Counted from the stretch's first letter, positions 36,781 through 50,800 are shown. The stretch is DNA of 64,000 nt from Epiperipatus broadwayi (GCA_028023455.1 JAQFVV010000011.1:6014001-6078000); one strand, 5' to 3'. The notes: generated by a model not told the origin, from the sequence alone. Numbers and translations are program-made.

Positions 36781-37711
36781 TATACTAGATTTGTGGCAGT
36801 CAATTATTAAAATGAAAAAAAACAACAACCATTTTTTAACAACCAAAATTTCATAGTCTATTTATTTGTACATTAATAATTTTTTGATTCAAAATGTTAT
36901 TTGAATTAACAATATATTAGGCTTCTTCATTTCCCCCTAAATTTTTCATTCAAAATATTATTGGAATAAACAGTATATTCGACTTTTTCATTTCTCCCCA
37001 TCATTTGATATATTATATGCAATGTTAATTTTTTGAGTGTGATTAATCATGCTCAAAATTCTTCTCTTGATATATAAAAAATTAAATTGAGAATTAGATT
37101 TGGATTTTTTGACAGACATGCTGACCTAGACACTAGGCAAACTATTCTTCATTTCTTTGTAATTAATGGTTGAGCACACATATCCTTCTTTATTCTAACC
37201 TTCAGTTTATTTAAAGACAGAGAAGACCCAAATTCTAACTTAAAATCTTTCAAACAATTTATTAATTTTGAGTATAATTTAGAATCATAAGGCAATGAAG
37301 TCTATTCCTTATTAATTGTAATCTTATTATACTTCATTTTTTTTATGAAGTAAATTAAAATGTTTATAGAACAAACTTTCATTATAACCAATATTTACTA
37401 AAACTTTAATGTAATTTATTCTCAATTATTGTGCTTTCTATCTATCAAATGTTTAGGTAAATATAAATTTTAGCATAAAAAATACTGATTGCTTATAATT
37501 TAAAGAAATAATAGTAAAGAGAGTATAAATCTATTTACACTCAAAGATTTTACAATCATTTTGTAAACAAATTGATTACAATTTTTGGAAACATATACGT
37601 TAAACATTCTTCAATTTCATACTTAATTGTGCACAGTAAACTAGAATTCTCATTCAAACATTTGCACATGTTTTCTACTAAAATTACCAGATTGCATACA
37701 AATGTATCTTT

Positions 37712-37819
37712 TTTTTTTAAGTGTCATAGCATCGGCCGGGACGCGATCCCGCAACCCGGGCAACTGCCTGCAAGTGCAAGGCAGTCACACTGACCTCTCG
37801 ACCACCGACGGTGCAAGCC
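37712..37819 (-). mobile_element. tRNA-Gly(GCC)-derived short SINE, copy 1
   Basis: Minus strand: GCACCGTCGGTGGTCGAGAGG (A box) ... GGATCGCGTCCCGGCCGATGC plus A-tail. The 3' end matches the invertebrate tRNA-Gly end TCCCGGCCGATGC. 14-bp TSD acaaat(g/a)tatcttt at 37698-37711 and 37820-37833. Confidence 0.8.
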
Positions 37820-38519
37820 ACAAATATATCTTTAATATACCTTTTATATATAACATCACAATTTTTGTTTTATATGAGCTATATGATATAATAAACTGAA
37901 GACGATTCCATTGTCCAGCTCTTTGTTATCCAAAAGAATTCATTTGAAAAGCTTGCACCAACCGTAATATTTTGATCTATCCATTCTAATACATCCATAA
38001 TAAATTTTGATTTATGTTTATTTAAATCATATTTCAAGGTATTTTTTATATTTATAAATTATAAGCAAATCTACTGATCTATATAAATTCTATTTACCTA
38101 TTTATTTGCAGTTTGATTAATAGGTAGTAAGTTATGTGTATGTACATGCACTGAATTAAACAAATATTGTGTATTGAAATAATAGATATACTATTGATAA
38201 TTTCTAAACATTTTCAATAGAATTTTTAAACATACTTGTATGAAGTTGTAAAATAAATATTTAAATTGACACATTGAAATTAATAAACAACATTTGTAAA
38301 TGAGTTTGACCATTCCAATTTTTTTTTTTTTAAAAAAAAAAGAAACGAAAAAGAGAGGAGGAAAAAAAATAGAAATGAGTTTTGTCATGACTATACAAAC
38401 CAATCTGTGAACAAACAAATGCGTCCACATATAGAACATGATTATCAATTTTTCTGTTTACTTGACATTTTTTGATGTCTTTTAATAATTTCTTCAGCAG
38501 AAAACTTTTTTTTTTCTAA

Positions 38520-38815
38520 AATATGTCAACCCTATGTTTAATTGTAGTTCTCCAATGCATTCTGCTCTTTAGTATCTTTATTATAACATAGACAGGGTCT
38601 ACCTTTCCCATGAAAACCATTATCTAGCTCACCATAAAATACCCTTTTAGGAAGTTCTACATTGTTCATTCATTTTACATAACCAGTTCAATGAAGATGG
38701 ATTTTTATAATAGTGGAGTCTATAATATTATATCTAGCAAATTGAAGAACATATTGATGGATATTTATGATCTTGTCATTGTACTTTTAAAATTTTATTG
38801 AGAATCCTTATATTA
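38520..38815 (-). mobile_element. Decayed RTE-clade LINE C-terminal fragment
   Basis: Minus-strand peptides ILKVQ*QDH and LH*TGYVK*MNNVELPKRVFYGELDNGFHGKGRP match the RTE pattern LRWxGHVxRM...LPK..YGEL...GRP. Confidence 0.75.
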
Positions 38816-39652
38816 AACTTTTTAATGCCTTTATATTTGCTGATAGAATGCTCAAGTTTTACTTTCATATAATAAGTTAGATAAAATAACAGTTCTATAT
38901 ACAACTAATTTAGTTGAAATAGTTGTGTCCCTGAGATGAAATACTCTATCTTTTAATTTATTAAAAGCACTGACAACACATTAATGTATATGTAATACCT
39001 CGGCATCTAATTCAACTTGCTATTTATAAAATTACCAAGATATTTAAACTGGTTTACATTCTCACATTTATAACCATTCAAACTAAAAGTTGCTGAGGAT
39101 TTTTCTTCTATCATTGGCTAATAAAGAACTTGAGTTGTTTTTTTTTAACATTAATTAATCAAAGTCTTTATATGTTGCACATATATGTATATAAATGAAT
39201 AATTTCTTATTCATTTCAGTGCCAGCTATGTTTTTTTTTCACATGGTAGAGAGCTGATTTTAGTAGTTGTGATGATACTAATAAAAATATAGTATTCAAA
39301 AGTTAAAAAAGAATTGCTTATTATATAATGTGCTAATAATAAAATAGAACAAATTGTTTAAAATAAAATATTAAATGTATGTTAGAATAAATTATTAATT
39401 GTCATATTAAATAACGTAGAAGTTTTAATAGTTGTTAAAAATATTTAAATTTGGGAGAAACTGATAAACTACATTAAAACTTTATGTTATCAAAGAATGA
39501 ATTGCAAAACAACTCAATTAAAAATTAGATTAAAAAAAAAAATAATTACACCTGTTTAGATAAAAAATTTGAAAACAAGAAAAAAAATCAGGCAATTAGT
39601 ATGTTTTGCAAATTAATCAATTAAAGTGATTTCATAAATTTTATAATTAAAA

Positions 39653-39786
39653 TAATATTTACTGAGGCTATAACAGATGTTTTAACCACAATCTTAAGCT
39701 TAAGCTTGTAGTTAAAACATCTGTAGAGGTCGCTACTATTGCATTTTATACGCATATTATCGAGGTTATAGCCTCAGTAAATATTA
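39653..39786. mobile_element. 134-bp MITE-like element with nested inverted repeats
   Basis: Perfect 22-bp terminal IR (taatatttactgaggctataac / gttatagcctcagtaaatatta) enclosing a 52-bp near-perfect palindrome (39673-39724). Confidence 0.7.
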
Positions 39787-40429
39787 CTTTATGTGCGTTT
39801 AATAAATTTATAATTAAAATAAAAAAGTGTTAAAACAAGAACAAAATCAAACATGTTACATGTTAGAAGACTGGATCAGGGTGTTCAAAAACAGGAAGAA
39901 GTAAAACTTATATAAAGTCAATTTTTCTTATAGCAGCCAAGTAGCATCAAACCTTCATTATGCTGAGTGATTAGAAGAGGAAAAGCTGCCAACTGCTAGT
40001 CTACTCTGGATACTTGGACTCTGCTGTCATGCCACTTAAAAATGAATTGATTAATTCTTGCCATTATGATGAAATCAAAGTACTGCTATAAAACTTGGGG
40101 TTTGTAAAAAAAAAAAAAAAATTACAAGAAAAAAAAAACTGTTTAGACTTTATCCTAATTTATTTTAATATTTTATTTCTCACAAACTTTATGAGGCTAA
40201 TGTTTTGTAAGGAAAAAAGAGAGGCCACAGGCTTTCACAAATATTCTAGCTGCATGTTAAAACAAGATTTGCTTGATTTTCTTTAATATACATATTAACT
40301 CAAGTTTTTTTTACCCTCTGTTTTAAAAATTGTCAGTAATAAAAGTAATATAAATCATCCAAGTGTTAAATAATGAGAGTAGATAATTATTAATAGTTTT
40401 AAATATTAGCCTTTTTTTAATTGCTGAGG

Positions 40430-41267
40430 ATTAGATTGTGTGTAGATGAACTATATAATTGCAACTGTTAGTTACTGTCGAATACTTAAAAATATTTCAG
40501 TATTTATATGGGAGGTGTTATTTGAGATTTTGCTTTATATATTCAGGAATAGTCTCAAAATGAGCCATCCTGTAGCATCTGGAGTTTTATTAAATCGGGA
40601 TTTGGAGAAGTGGCCTTTCCCTGGAGTTATCATTGAAAATGGTAGCGGTTATAATTATTTCCTATTAGAGAAATGTGTCTATACTAGAAACGTTTGAATT
40701 AATTGAATGTCTTATAATTGTGAGATTGGCCGAATGCTGAATTGTATTTTAAATATATTAGAGGTCAGGAGTTGGATGTATGGCAAATTTACTCAGTTGT
40801 AAAACTGTATTAATATTATAAATGTAATGAAGATTAATCTTTAAAATTAATTAAAGAAATCTTGGACACTTTATAAATAATTATTGCTTTCCTCTATGGG
40901 TGAGAGCTGAAACAATAATATAGCTTTATTTTAATAAAAAAGAGAAAGTTATATTTTGACTGTTAATTATATTTTGTAATTAAACTATTGTTGTTTAACT
41001 TGGAATTTATCATTAACTATTGTTGTTTTAATGTGTTAACTTTTTATATGTAATATTGTCTGGTCTGCATAGATATTCCATGTCCATTTATCAGGAGTGA
41101 CTTATATTCTTTGTGATCTAGCCAGGTATTACAAATAGGTGCTATGTAGTGGTCATCTTTATTCTATTAAAGAAAATATTGTTTAAATATATTTGCGCTG
41201 ATCTATCTTTTTATGTTTAAGCCAGGTGGCGCCCATATACATTCAGATAAATGTAAATAATTTTACA
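40430..41267 (-). mobile_element. LTR-like fragment (LTR-C); left boundary unresolved
   Basis: Ends TGTAAA-TAAT-TTTACA|ATAT, and the interior is GC/CpG-richer than the flanks. The terminus was recognised partly through the hairpin pattern. Confidence 0.35.
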
Positions 41268-41275
41268 ATATATAT

Positions 41276-44127
41276 TGAAACTGTAAGATTCAAGTTCGAA
41301 TCTTAGTTTCACCTCAGTCATATTTGTTCTATCGTTTTCTACCCACTCCTCCATCCCGCCTAAATTTATACCCTCAATATTGGATTGTGTGTATATAGCA
41401 CTAGTTATATATAAAAGCTTGTTAAATATGCCACATGCACACACACTCCAATATGAGATATAACACACTGAAAATAATTTATTAAATTTAGAATATTTAA
41501 TATTTTGCGTTAATAATTATTTAGGTCAAAGTTATATAACATTTTAATTTATAAAATCTAAAATTTCTTTTTAACCTTTTTAAATATTTAAATGTATTAA
41601 AAATAGAAATTCCCTTGCTAAGTAAAATTGCAAGTCACAATAGAATACTGAGAAATATTTCTGAAAGCTTTTAATTAGTTTTTTTAAAGAAACACCTGCA
41701 GTATAATGAGGTCATAGGTCAAATATGCAATAAAGTAAAGCAAAATATTCGGATTGAAATGACAAATAGAACATGCTCTTAATGCATTATTTTACCTAGA
41801 GATATTTGAGCGGACCTAAAAGGTGAACAACTACATCATGTCAGATGGATCCGAAAGATAAAGAGCAAGGGAAGCAAAAGGTATATAAAGTCTTGTTCAA
41901 AGTAGAGTAGGTCGGCCTTCTGATTCTTGACCTTTCTTTCATGTGTTCGTGTTACAACCTATTCATCAAATCATTAAAGTATGCTATTTGCGTATAACAC
42001 TGTGATGTCCAAATAGTAGGCATGCGCTATTCTCTTCTGTGGGATGGTAGATGCGCTGGATCTCTTACTTGCTTTTAAAATGAACTGAAATTGTTTGCTG
42101 TAATCCATATACTGCTGCTTATAATCATGATTACTAAATGAACTGTTAAAGAAAGACTACTGCACCATACTTCATGAACAAGAGGATCACTCAGAAATGT
42201 GCATGTTCTGCTTAAATCAAAGGTAACTGGTACCAAAATCTTTAAGAACTTTCACACTCTTTTATTCAAAACTAGAACTCGTATCTCTAATTTGTATAAT
42301 TTTATGCATAATTTCTACTCAGATAAATCCTATTAAAATCACTGAAATTCTTAAGAATCGGTAACCTTTAAATGTTTAATTACTATACAATCTTTCCTTT
42401 TCTTTGGGTATCCAGTTCTAATTATATTTATTTATTGACGTAATTAATTTCATGCCTCAATAATTTCTAACCCAGCCTCTTAACTTTATTAAATGTTAGA
42501 ATTCGTAGATTTTGCCAAAATGCATGGAGTCATTAGATAATATATTTACAGTAAACTCGTTTTATGTTGATAAAGTGGCTAGCTCAGGAATTATCTATCT
42601 TTATATTTTATAAATTATTTCTCGGATATGTCTCATTTTATATTAATAGCTTTTGCCAAAATGCGTGGAGTCATCAGATAATATATTTACAGTAAACTCA
42701 TTTTACGATGATAAAGTGGCTAGCTCAGGAATTATCTATCTTTATATTTTATAAATTATTTCTTGAATATGTCTCATTTTATATTAATATGATTTCTAGT
42801 ATTGTCTTATATTTTAAAGGAATTATTGTAGTTTCAGAGACATATCTGACTTTCATGATTAGCTATGAGTGTGGGTGAACCATAATTTGTGTGGGTGGTT
42901 ATCTTAACTTAACAATATTAATATGATAGAATTATAATCTTTACTCTTTTATTATTAGTATCAATTGGTGTCCATTTAATTTAACTTTATAATCAAACCA
43001 ATGTCAGGTTATTTGAGGGCTTGTAAGTTAATCACTCGTAAATGTGGGCCTCAGGAGTGAGTCATCATTTATTAGCAATTAAATATATAAATCATATTAT
43101 ATCAAACTGTAGGTGTTATTATTGAGCGATGCCAAAGTTTTCTCTTGTTTAAAGCCATGGGAATCACTGGATACTTCTGTTTAAAGGTATTTTCTGCTCC
43201 ATACGGAAGGGCACAGTTCAAAGTGCTCCCATGGAAAGCTGAGTCTATCATGCTGTCGGGTAGTAACAGTGGCAGAAGTTCCCGTACATCCAGACTTGCG
43301 ATTATGACCGATCTTGTAGGATCTCTGGCAGGGAAGCCTACCCATGAGTTTATATTTCCCTCCTGGCTTGCATCTCAAAGTTCGCTCCTTTATGATTCTA
43401 AGGCATCTCTATTAATACCACCTCTCATCCAGTTAATTATACCTTTACTCTCTGCTTATGATTTCACTTCCCAAGCCTCCCACATTATTTGCCCTCCAAT
43501 AACAGGCCCTCTTTAGAATTAATCATGCAAATAAAACTTTATATATAATCTATTATTGGGGTAAGTAAATGTGAAGCCGTATATCTCGTTTGATGTTTAC
43601 CTCACATGATAGAAAATGTACTTAGTCTAGGGCATGAAATAGTGGTTTGCTACCATTAAATACCCAAAGGGACAGGTCAAATGATTAATGTATTAATAAT
43701 GTGAACTCATTCCATATTATGAGTATTGACAGAGATCAAACTCCAAGCTTGTAAATAGATTTATATCAATATTAAATATAGTTTTAATTATATCTACATC
43801 TTCATGTCTATTTCCTTAATGCCCTATAGCCATAGGGTTTCCTGTCAAAATAAATTAAATATAACTAGGTTATTCAATAGATTAGTAATAATATTAGTTA
43901 TAATAGAATTAGTTAGAGTCTTTTACATCTTCCTGACCCCCCATGGCCTAAAGGATGTTTGCTAATGTGGTGGCAGGTACATTATCCCAAAGTTATATGT
44001 TGTTAGTCAATCTACTATGTTCAAACTCAGAATTGCAGGCCCTGAATCCACCTGTAGTGCTGCTTTTCGACTGTAGTGGAGGGAAGATGCAACTGGTTAA
44101 CGAGATATATGAATTCTGACCCTTACA
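41276..44127 (+). mobile_element. Putative solo LTR of 2852 bp (LTR-D)
   Basis: ATAT|TGAAAC ... CCCTTACA|ATAT, with a 36-bp terminal hairpin, TATATAAA at ~41882 and CpG-containing blocks. Shares the 10-mer GAGCGGACCT (~41808) with 14389, downstream of LTR-B's start. Orientation and start are less certain than the end. Confidence 0.5.
42510..42789. repeat. Tandem duplication, 141-bp period
   Basis: ttttgccaaaatgc(a/g)tggagtcat...tctcattttatattaata occurs at 42510 and 42651 with ~7 mismatches. Confidence 0.95.
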
Positions 44128-44865
44128 ATATATAAATAATAATATTCATCAATGTGTATTCCTTTAACTTATATATATAATTTTATATTGTGAAAACTAT
44201 AAAATATAGAATTATATATGTACATATATATATAGTGAACAATGGAAGAACATTATGCTGTGACATGCTAAACTTTAAATGTATTTTTAAATATTTCTAG
44301 CTATATTTGTACTTTAAAACAAAGCAATTCCTTTTCTCAGAATTTATTTTTACTTAGAGTAAATCGTAAGTCTCATTAGTTGTACTAAAACATCTACTTC
44401 ATATGGTAGTTTAGTTGTTTCATTTATCATTAAATAATAGGGTTTTTTTTTTCTTTTTTCTAGTTAATTGTAATATTCTCATAAATGTTCTGGTCATTTA
44501 TACAGAAAAAGTAGTCTATCTATTTTACTATGGATTATGATATATTATATTGTTGAAATCATGCTAAGCATGAATTAAAGCTAAATTTAAAAGAGATAAG
44601 ACTATCTTTTCTGTATAAATGTCCAGAACCTTTATGTGAATATTAAATAATAGCCATAAATTTTATTTTAAATGAAACTTGCATTTCATTCACTCTTGAT
44701 CATATTCTGATTAAATATAATGTATACCTTTACCACGCTTAAGGTAATTGCTTCTCTAAAACTCACCATAAAACAAGATCTATAATGATTTTTTATGGGG
44801 AAAAATTTAGCTTGTTCCTGCAGATCAAAATTATACCATAAATATATTAATAAACATCTTAACCT

Positions 44866-45015
44866 AATATATGTAGTAAATTTCAAAAACCTTAATGCAT
44901 AATATGTCCATATGTAAACTGTGTCATATATGCATTATACAATATATGTAGTAATTTTTAAAAACATTAATGCATAATATATGCATATGTAAACTGTTCC
45001 ATATATGCATTATGC
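44866..45015. repeat. Tandem duplication, 75-bp period
   Basis: aatatatgtagtaa...ttaatgcataatat...catatgtaaactgt...catatatgcattat occurs at 44866 and 44941. Confidence 0.85.
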
Positions 45016-45119
45016 AGGTATTCACTAAAATATATGTATTTATGTAAGATAATGCAACTTAAATCTATATAAAAAACACTTAGCTTAAAGTTGTTTTTTC
45101 TTATAATCTATCCACTCAG

Positions 45120-45790
45120 CATTCACCATCATCCAGTTTTCTGAGTCATCAGTTGCTCATTCTGAGAATCTATCATAGTCTTTTAAATCCTTTGATGATC
45201 TTGGTTTTTTTTTTTTTTGGAGGAAGTTTATGGCTGAGGATCTCTAGAGAGAAAGATTAAAATGAATGGTTTATTTGCATCTGTGATTTTTTTTGTACAA
45301 CATATTTATTCATTAGCATTTCAAGTCAAATTCTTTAAAAATGCTGTTGATGGCTCATGATGCAAAAGCAGTTTCTTAAGTTTTTTGATGTCCAGGTTCT
45401 TCTCTACAGGCTTGTTGATTTTTTTCTTCATTGTCTTCCTTTTCTTCATTTAGTTGCATTAATTCTTCAGTTGTTAATTCTTTCATGTGTCATCGCAAAA
45501 GCTCTTCAGTGTTGTCGTGATTAATTGGGGGGGGGGTGGCTTCCTTGTCCAAAGTGTTGAAAAAATGCTGCATTAATTGTTGATGTTAATATATCTTAAA
45601 TGTTCTGATGATTCTTTGATCCATAGGTTGAAGAAGTGATGTAATATTCAGTGGTATTAGTTGTTGCTTTAAAAAAAATCAATATTGTTTGAAAAAAAAA
45701 TTTTGTTTTCATTGTGCAAACAAACTTACAGAAAAAAGGGCTGAGAAAGAGATAATATGCTCATAGTGGGCAATTTTTTGTGTTCATCCA
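45120..45790 (-). pseudogene. Decayed pogo/Tigger transposase fragment (DDE_1 region and acidic C-terminus)
   Basis: Minus-strand peptides LIPLNITSLLQPMDQRIIRTFKIY* and HDNTEELLR*HMKELTTEELMQLNEEKEDNEE. Boundaries approximate. Confidence 0.8.
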
Positions 45791-47899
45791 CAAAATTGTT
45801 AATTATTGCACTGAAAATAAATCCCATACTGAAGTTTCATTTTTTTCAAATTCATAGTCTAATATTATTTATATGAAATTATTTAAAATTAAAAAAAGCA
45901 ATGTTTAATAATATCACATCAATTGTGCTGTTGTGACCATAAAAACTTGTTATTTTTCAACAATGTAAGGGTAGACAATTTATAGAACTGCTCATCAGAA
46001 TAACTGAATCATGTAGTTAATTTAGAAAAAATGATAGTTTCGATATATTAAAAAAGATGTATCTAAAGCATTCTACATTTACATATTGTAATAAATATTT
46101 AAGATTTTTTTACACTATGTACTATGCAGATTTAAATAAGCAACACTTTATATACAAATATGCTATCTGTGGTTTTTTTATGGCATGTATGCATGGTAAT
46201 CATTTTCTTGAAATGACCTCACAATATTTCAAATTATGTAGTACATTTTATTGGCAGAAATACTGACCATTTAAATAAAAATTAAAAGTATGTAACTTTT
46301 CCAATTTATTTGTATTGCATTTTCATCACATAACATTTTTTATTAAATGCATTAAATTATTTCTCACTTTTTTTTTTAGCAAAAATACTTTTATGATAAT
46401 AAGCAGTTTTGATTTGACTGAAATTAGCATTCATAAAGGTTTTAATTTAAAATTGCTTGATTGAATATTTTAACTAATACTTAACAGTACACAATTTAAA
46501 ATTAATTATTAATAATATATAACCAAAATTTTATTTTTAGTTTTATGCTGAATGAAATTTGTATTTTTTTTTTTGCTACTACAATTTTTTAACTTGACTT
46601 TAATATCATGATTGACTTGCATATAGTTGAAACAAATTACAGATTTTGATTTAAAATCTAGATTATTTTCTAGTAATTTTTGATCATATAAAGTTGATTA
46701 TTATCCATCTTCCCCTTTTTTCTTTACTGAAAATACTTTAGAGTAAGAATAATAAGTTTTAATTTGACTGAAAAGTTTTAATTCAAAATTAGTTGATTGA
46801 GTATAGAATGTGAAAAATTATTTTTGTTTTACATTTAAAGAAAATTGTATTTCTTTTTTTTGGCACTGTATCTTTTTACATTTGCTATAATATAATGCTT
46901 TCTTTAGCTTGGATATCTTGGAAACAAATTACGATATTTATGTTTTTAAGTTAACCAAATATTGTACAATAAATGATATTTTACCCTTATATTTAGTGAT
47001 TTTGATTGCATAATGCCTAAAATAGTTTCTGTTTCTCAAAATAATTGCAATTATGATAACTAAATTTTACAATTACTGTACTATGATCATAATGTTTGCT
47101 GTAAGCAGAATACACTTAATAAGAATTTAATCTATAAATAAATGAGTGAATATGCTATTTTTAAGCTTATGTACAAATTTCAAAATATAATATTGATACA
47201 TTTGGTTGTTGTATGTCATTAAAATTGGCTTTTGATTGCTTATTGTACTGAATGAAGCATCTTTTTTTACTTTTGTTATCATTAAACTTTACTTTCAATA
47301 TATCATTAATGAATGTATTGATTGTCTTGCAAGAACTTCTGATGAATAAATGAAGTACTATACTTTAATTGTATTTTAATTTTATAATCAAAATGTTGTA
47401 AATAAGCATTTATTTTATATAGCGTATGTCCTTTTCTTTTTTATTTACTTTTCAAATACATATTGAAACAGTCAGTATAGTAGTATTTATATATAAGTAA
47501 CTAGCACCAAATTCTCGTATATCAGGTTAATATTATGTCCAAATCAGGCTGGATTTAAATATAAAGGTATTAGTTATGTATGTGAGTGTATATCTTAAGC
47601 CTACAAGGAAAAAGGTGTATCTGTATATGTAAAAACCCATATATACATGCACATATATTTCTAGGAGTAAATAAATGAAAACTGCATTTTATGTGTAACA
47701 AGAGACTACATATATGCAGGAAAGAATAATGTTAACAGATTTAAAACATTATAAATTTCTTTATTTAAAATATTTATTCTAAAGAAAATTAATATTTGAA
47801 AGTATTGTATACTTCTGCATATATTACTAAATTAAATAATCGAGTTACATATATAACCAGATGTTTTCCATTTTATAGATTTGTTTTTGAAAAAAGTGA

Positions 47900-50800
47900 T
47901 ATTATAAAATTTAATCTTTCTCGCTGTAGTGTGATCTAATTACAAAAATAAAAGTAACACTTAAGTTGTAGAATAAATTATCCTGAGTAATTAAAAAGAA
48001 ATCGTGAATGACCAGCTGTAAAACTTCGCTATAAGAAATAAAAACAGCGTAATTATACGATTCTAGGAATACAGCGAGAAAATTAGCAAAACAAATCTAG
48101 AAAATTACTATGACTGAGAAGAGGGGGGGGTAAGCTGATAATATAAGCCTCTGCAGCCATTTTGGAATTATTCGGACATTATTTCAGTCAACAACTTGTG
48201 TTTAAAATAGTTAATTATGATGCAATTTGAGTAGAAGGCATGTTTTCTTGCCTTTCTGATCCAGGAGATCTACCATGCGGGAAACAACAAAAGGAGAAGC
48301 CGTCTGATGGAGCAGAAGCCCGTTTCCAGCCCTTCAATATGAAACTAGTGCCAGCAGACAGAAAGAAGAGAGCCCGGTAAAAACCTTCTTCTACTTAAAG
48401 ATTAATAACTCAACTAAAATGCAATAATTCCTAAAGCTAGCTAAATTTAAACTCTATGGCCATAGCAATAATGTAATCTTAAATCCACTACTAAATGTAA
48501 TTTTGATTTCTTAATTTTTATCTTAAAATCACTACTAAAATGTATTTTTGATTTCTTTTGTTTTCATCTTAAAATCTTGCCTGATTTAAATTTAACAACT
48601 GATTTACTTTAATAACTGATTTGATTTTCATACTGAGTTAATATCATATTTATGGATTTATGTACACCATGTATTTATTAATTCATGTGTTGGTTTGCTA
48701 AGTTATTTCCGATTGATCTAGTTCAATGTATTTACCTTTCTGAGTTATTAATAGTTAGTTAAAGCAATTGATTTTAAATTAATTATCATAAATTTTGTTA
48801 CATATAGTTTTAAATGCTTTATTCTAAAATGATAGTTGAGTTTCTAGATTATTTTACATACTTTAACTTTCTGATATGTGATTTTATATATTTTAAATAT
48901 AATAATAATATTTGCCGTGATTAATTCTTGTCACTACTTAAATTTGGCTTGAACCAGGTTGATCGGATATAAACTAATTGCATTGCAATTTCTTTTCAAA
49001 CTATGCTAAAACAGAAACCAATTTTAGATTTCACTTACGTGATATCTGCTCAATAAACTTACATTTCTTTCTAAGTAAATCTATGCCAAGTTTTATGATT
49101 TTCCATCATGTCGTGGTTTATGCTATATTTGTTCAGAACGCTAAAAAGAAATTCGTTTTGAAAGGGATAAATTATCTTGTTTAAGAGATAATTAAAAGCG
49201 TACAGCTGTTTAAGATAGATTCGCTTTCGAGATAATATTTTTAACTAATGTTTAGCCGGAGTGATTAAAATACAGCATTCAGCTATAACTTTATATCTTG
49301 ATGCTCAATAGTGTGCTGTACTCCTCCTTAAGTTATAAATCTCTATATAGATAGTTTTACAAATTAGATTCCTAAGTTTTACTTAATAGCATAATTATAG
49401 ATGATACCTAATGAACTGATACACGGTTGTTTCATGAAGGAAACTAGTGTTGAGCATCATAAAATTTTATTATATAATGTAGTAAGCAGTGCGAGTGTGT
49501 CTTTAAGAAACGCTAAGGCGTACATATATATTTGTTGCTGTATTCCTTAATGGTTGTATGTGGTCGCACTGCACCATTACTCTTAGTTTGGGCAATTTTC
49601 TTCTTCAGATGGTGGACGGGTTCGAACCTTCCCATTCTGCATCCTTAGGAATGGAGCATGAGACTCCCATGGAGCATAAGACTCCCACTCAACTAAATTG
49701 CTCGATCAACCGGACTAAAGATCTCTTATTTCCACAGCAATGAATACAATGAAAAGGGAACCATTATTTGGTAAAAATCCCGTAAAAAGGCACTCTTGCG
49801 ATGCAAGGGCTATATCAGACTTTATATTTTCTATACGCCATGGTATCTGAAGTCTGACTGCCAATCATCAGTTCATCCCACCATAATAATTGTATTTTCA
49901 GCTTTGATCTGAATTCGAGTCTAATTTTATAGGCACATAAGCTATATAGAGAATATTAAGCATTCACGATTAATAAAATGTCATATTCTTTATTAATATG
50001 TACAATCACTTCTGCTAGCTCTAGAGCGGATCTAGACCCTGTTATATAGCATAAACTAGGCATAGATGGTCATGAGCAAATTAACCTCATTCTAAAGTAG
50101 TCTTAAGGCTCATGAAAATATAAATTTTATACGTATAATTTCTTCATCACCTGCGAGTGATATCTATATGTAACAAACTAAATTAAATGATGTGTAACCC
50201 TAACTACAATCACCTGCGCGTGATTGGAATTGTTATATAAACAGTAAAATCATCACCTACGAGTAATATATGCATCTGTAGTAAATCTAATAATGTAACT
50301 AACCAAAATGATTAATGTCACCTGTGAGTGATTTACCTTATACCAAATGTATATGTAAATTAAGGCCATATGTAACTAGGCAAACCATAAATGATTCTAA
50401 CTCCATTCATCACTTGCGTGTGAATCCCAAACTCAAATATGAAATTGTATTCCTAACTTAGTCACCTGCGTGTGAGACAACCTATATAGCCAAGTTATAG
50501 TCATGATTTTCATTTATTGATTTTAATATTTGGTTTTCATTAAATTAAGTTAAAATTTAACTTTTGGGTCATGTTTCAATGTTGCTCATTGGTAAGTCTT
50601 TATTGATTATTTAATCATTAGTTAAGAATCACAATCCATATTTTATAATTATGTTCTGCCACACACATCGTCTATATAGCTATACTAATTAATAAGTCAA
50701 ATTCCCATAGTTTTGTGCTTTACTGATGTGCTATTGCCGGCATGTGATGAGGGAAAATGCTGCTGTGGCTTCTTATGTGTCATTCGCAAGGTGGTAAATC

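Noticed and set aside
45964-45974. TGTAAGGGTAG matching the LTR start at 58892
   Set aside because: No ATAT flank, no hairpin and no further similarity.
50147-50475. CRISPR-like interpretation of the spaced palindromic repeats
   Set aside because: Eukaryotic context, 14-bp degenerate repeats, irregular 29-78-bp spacers and no cas genes.
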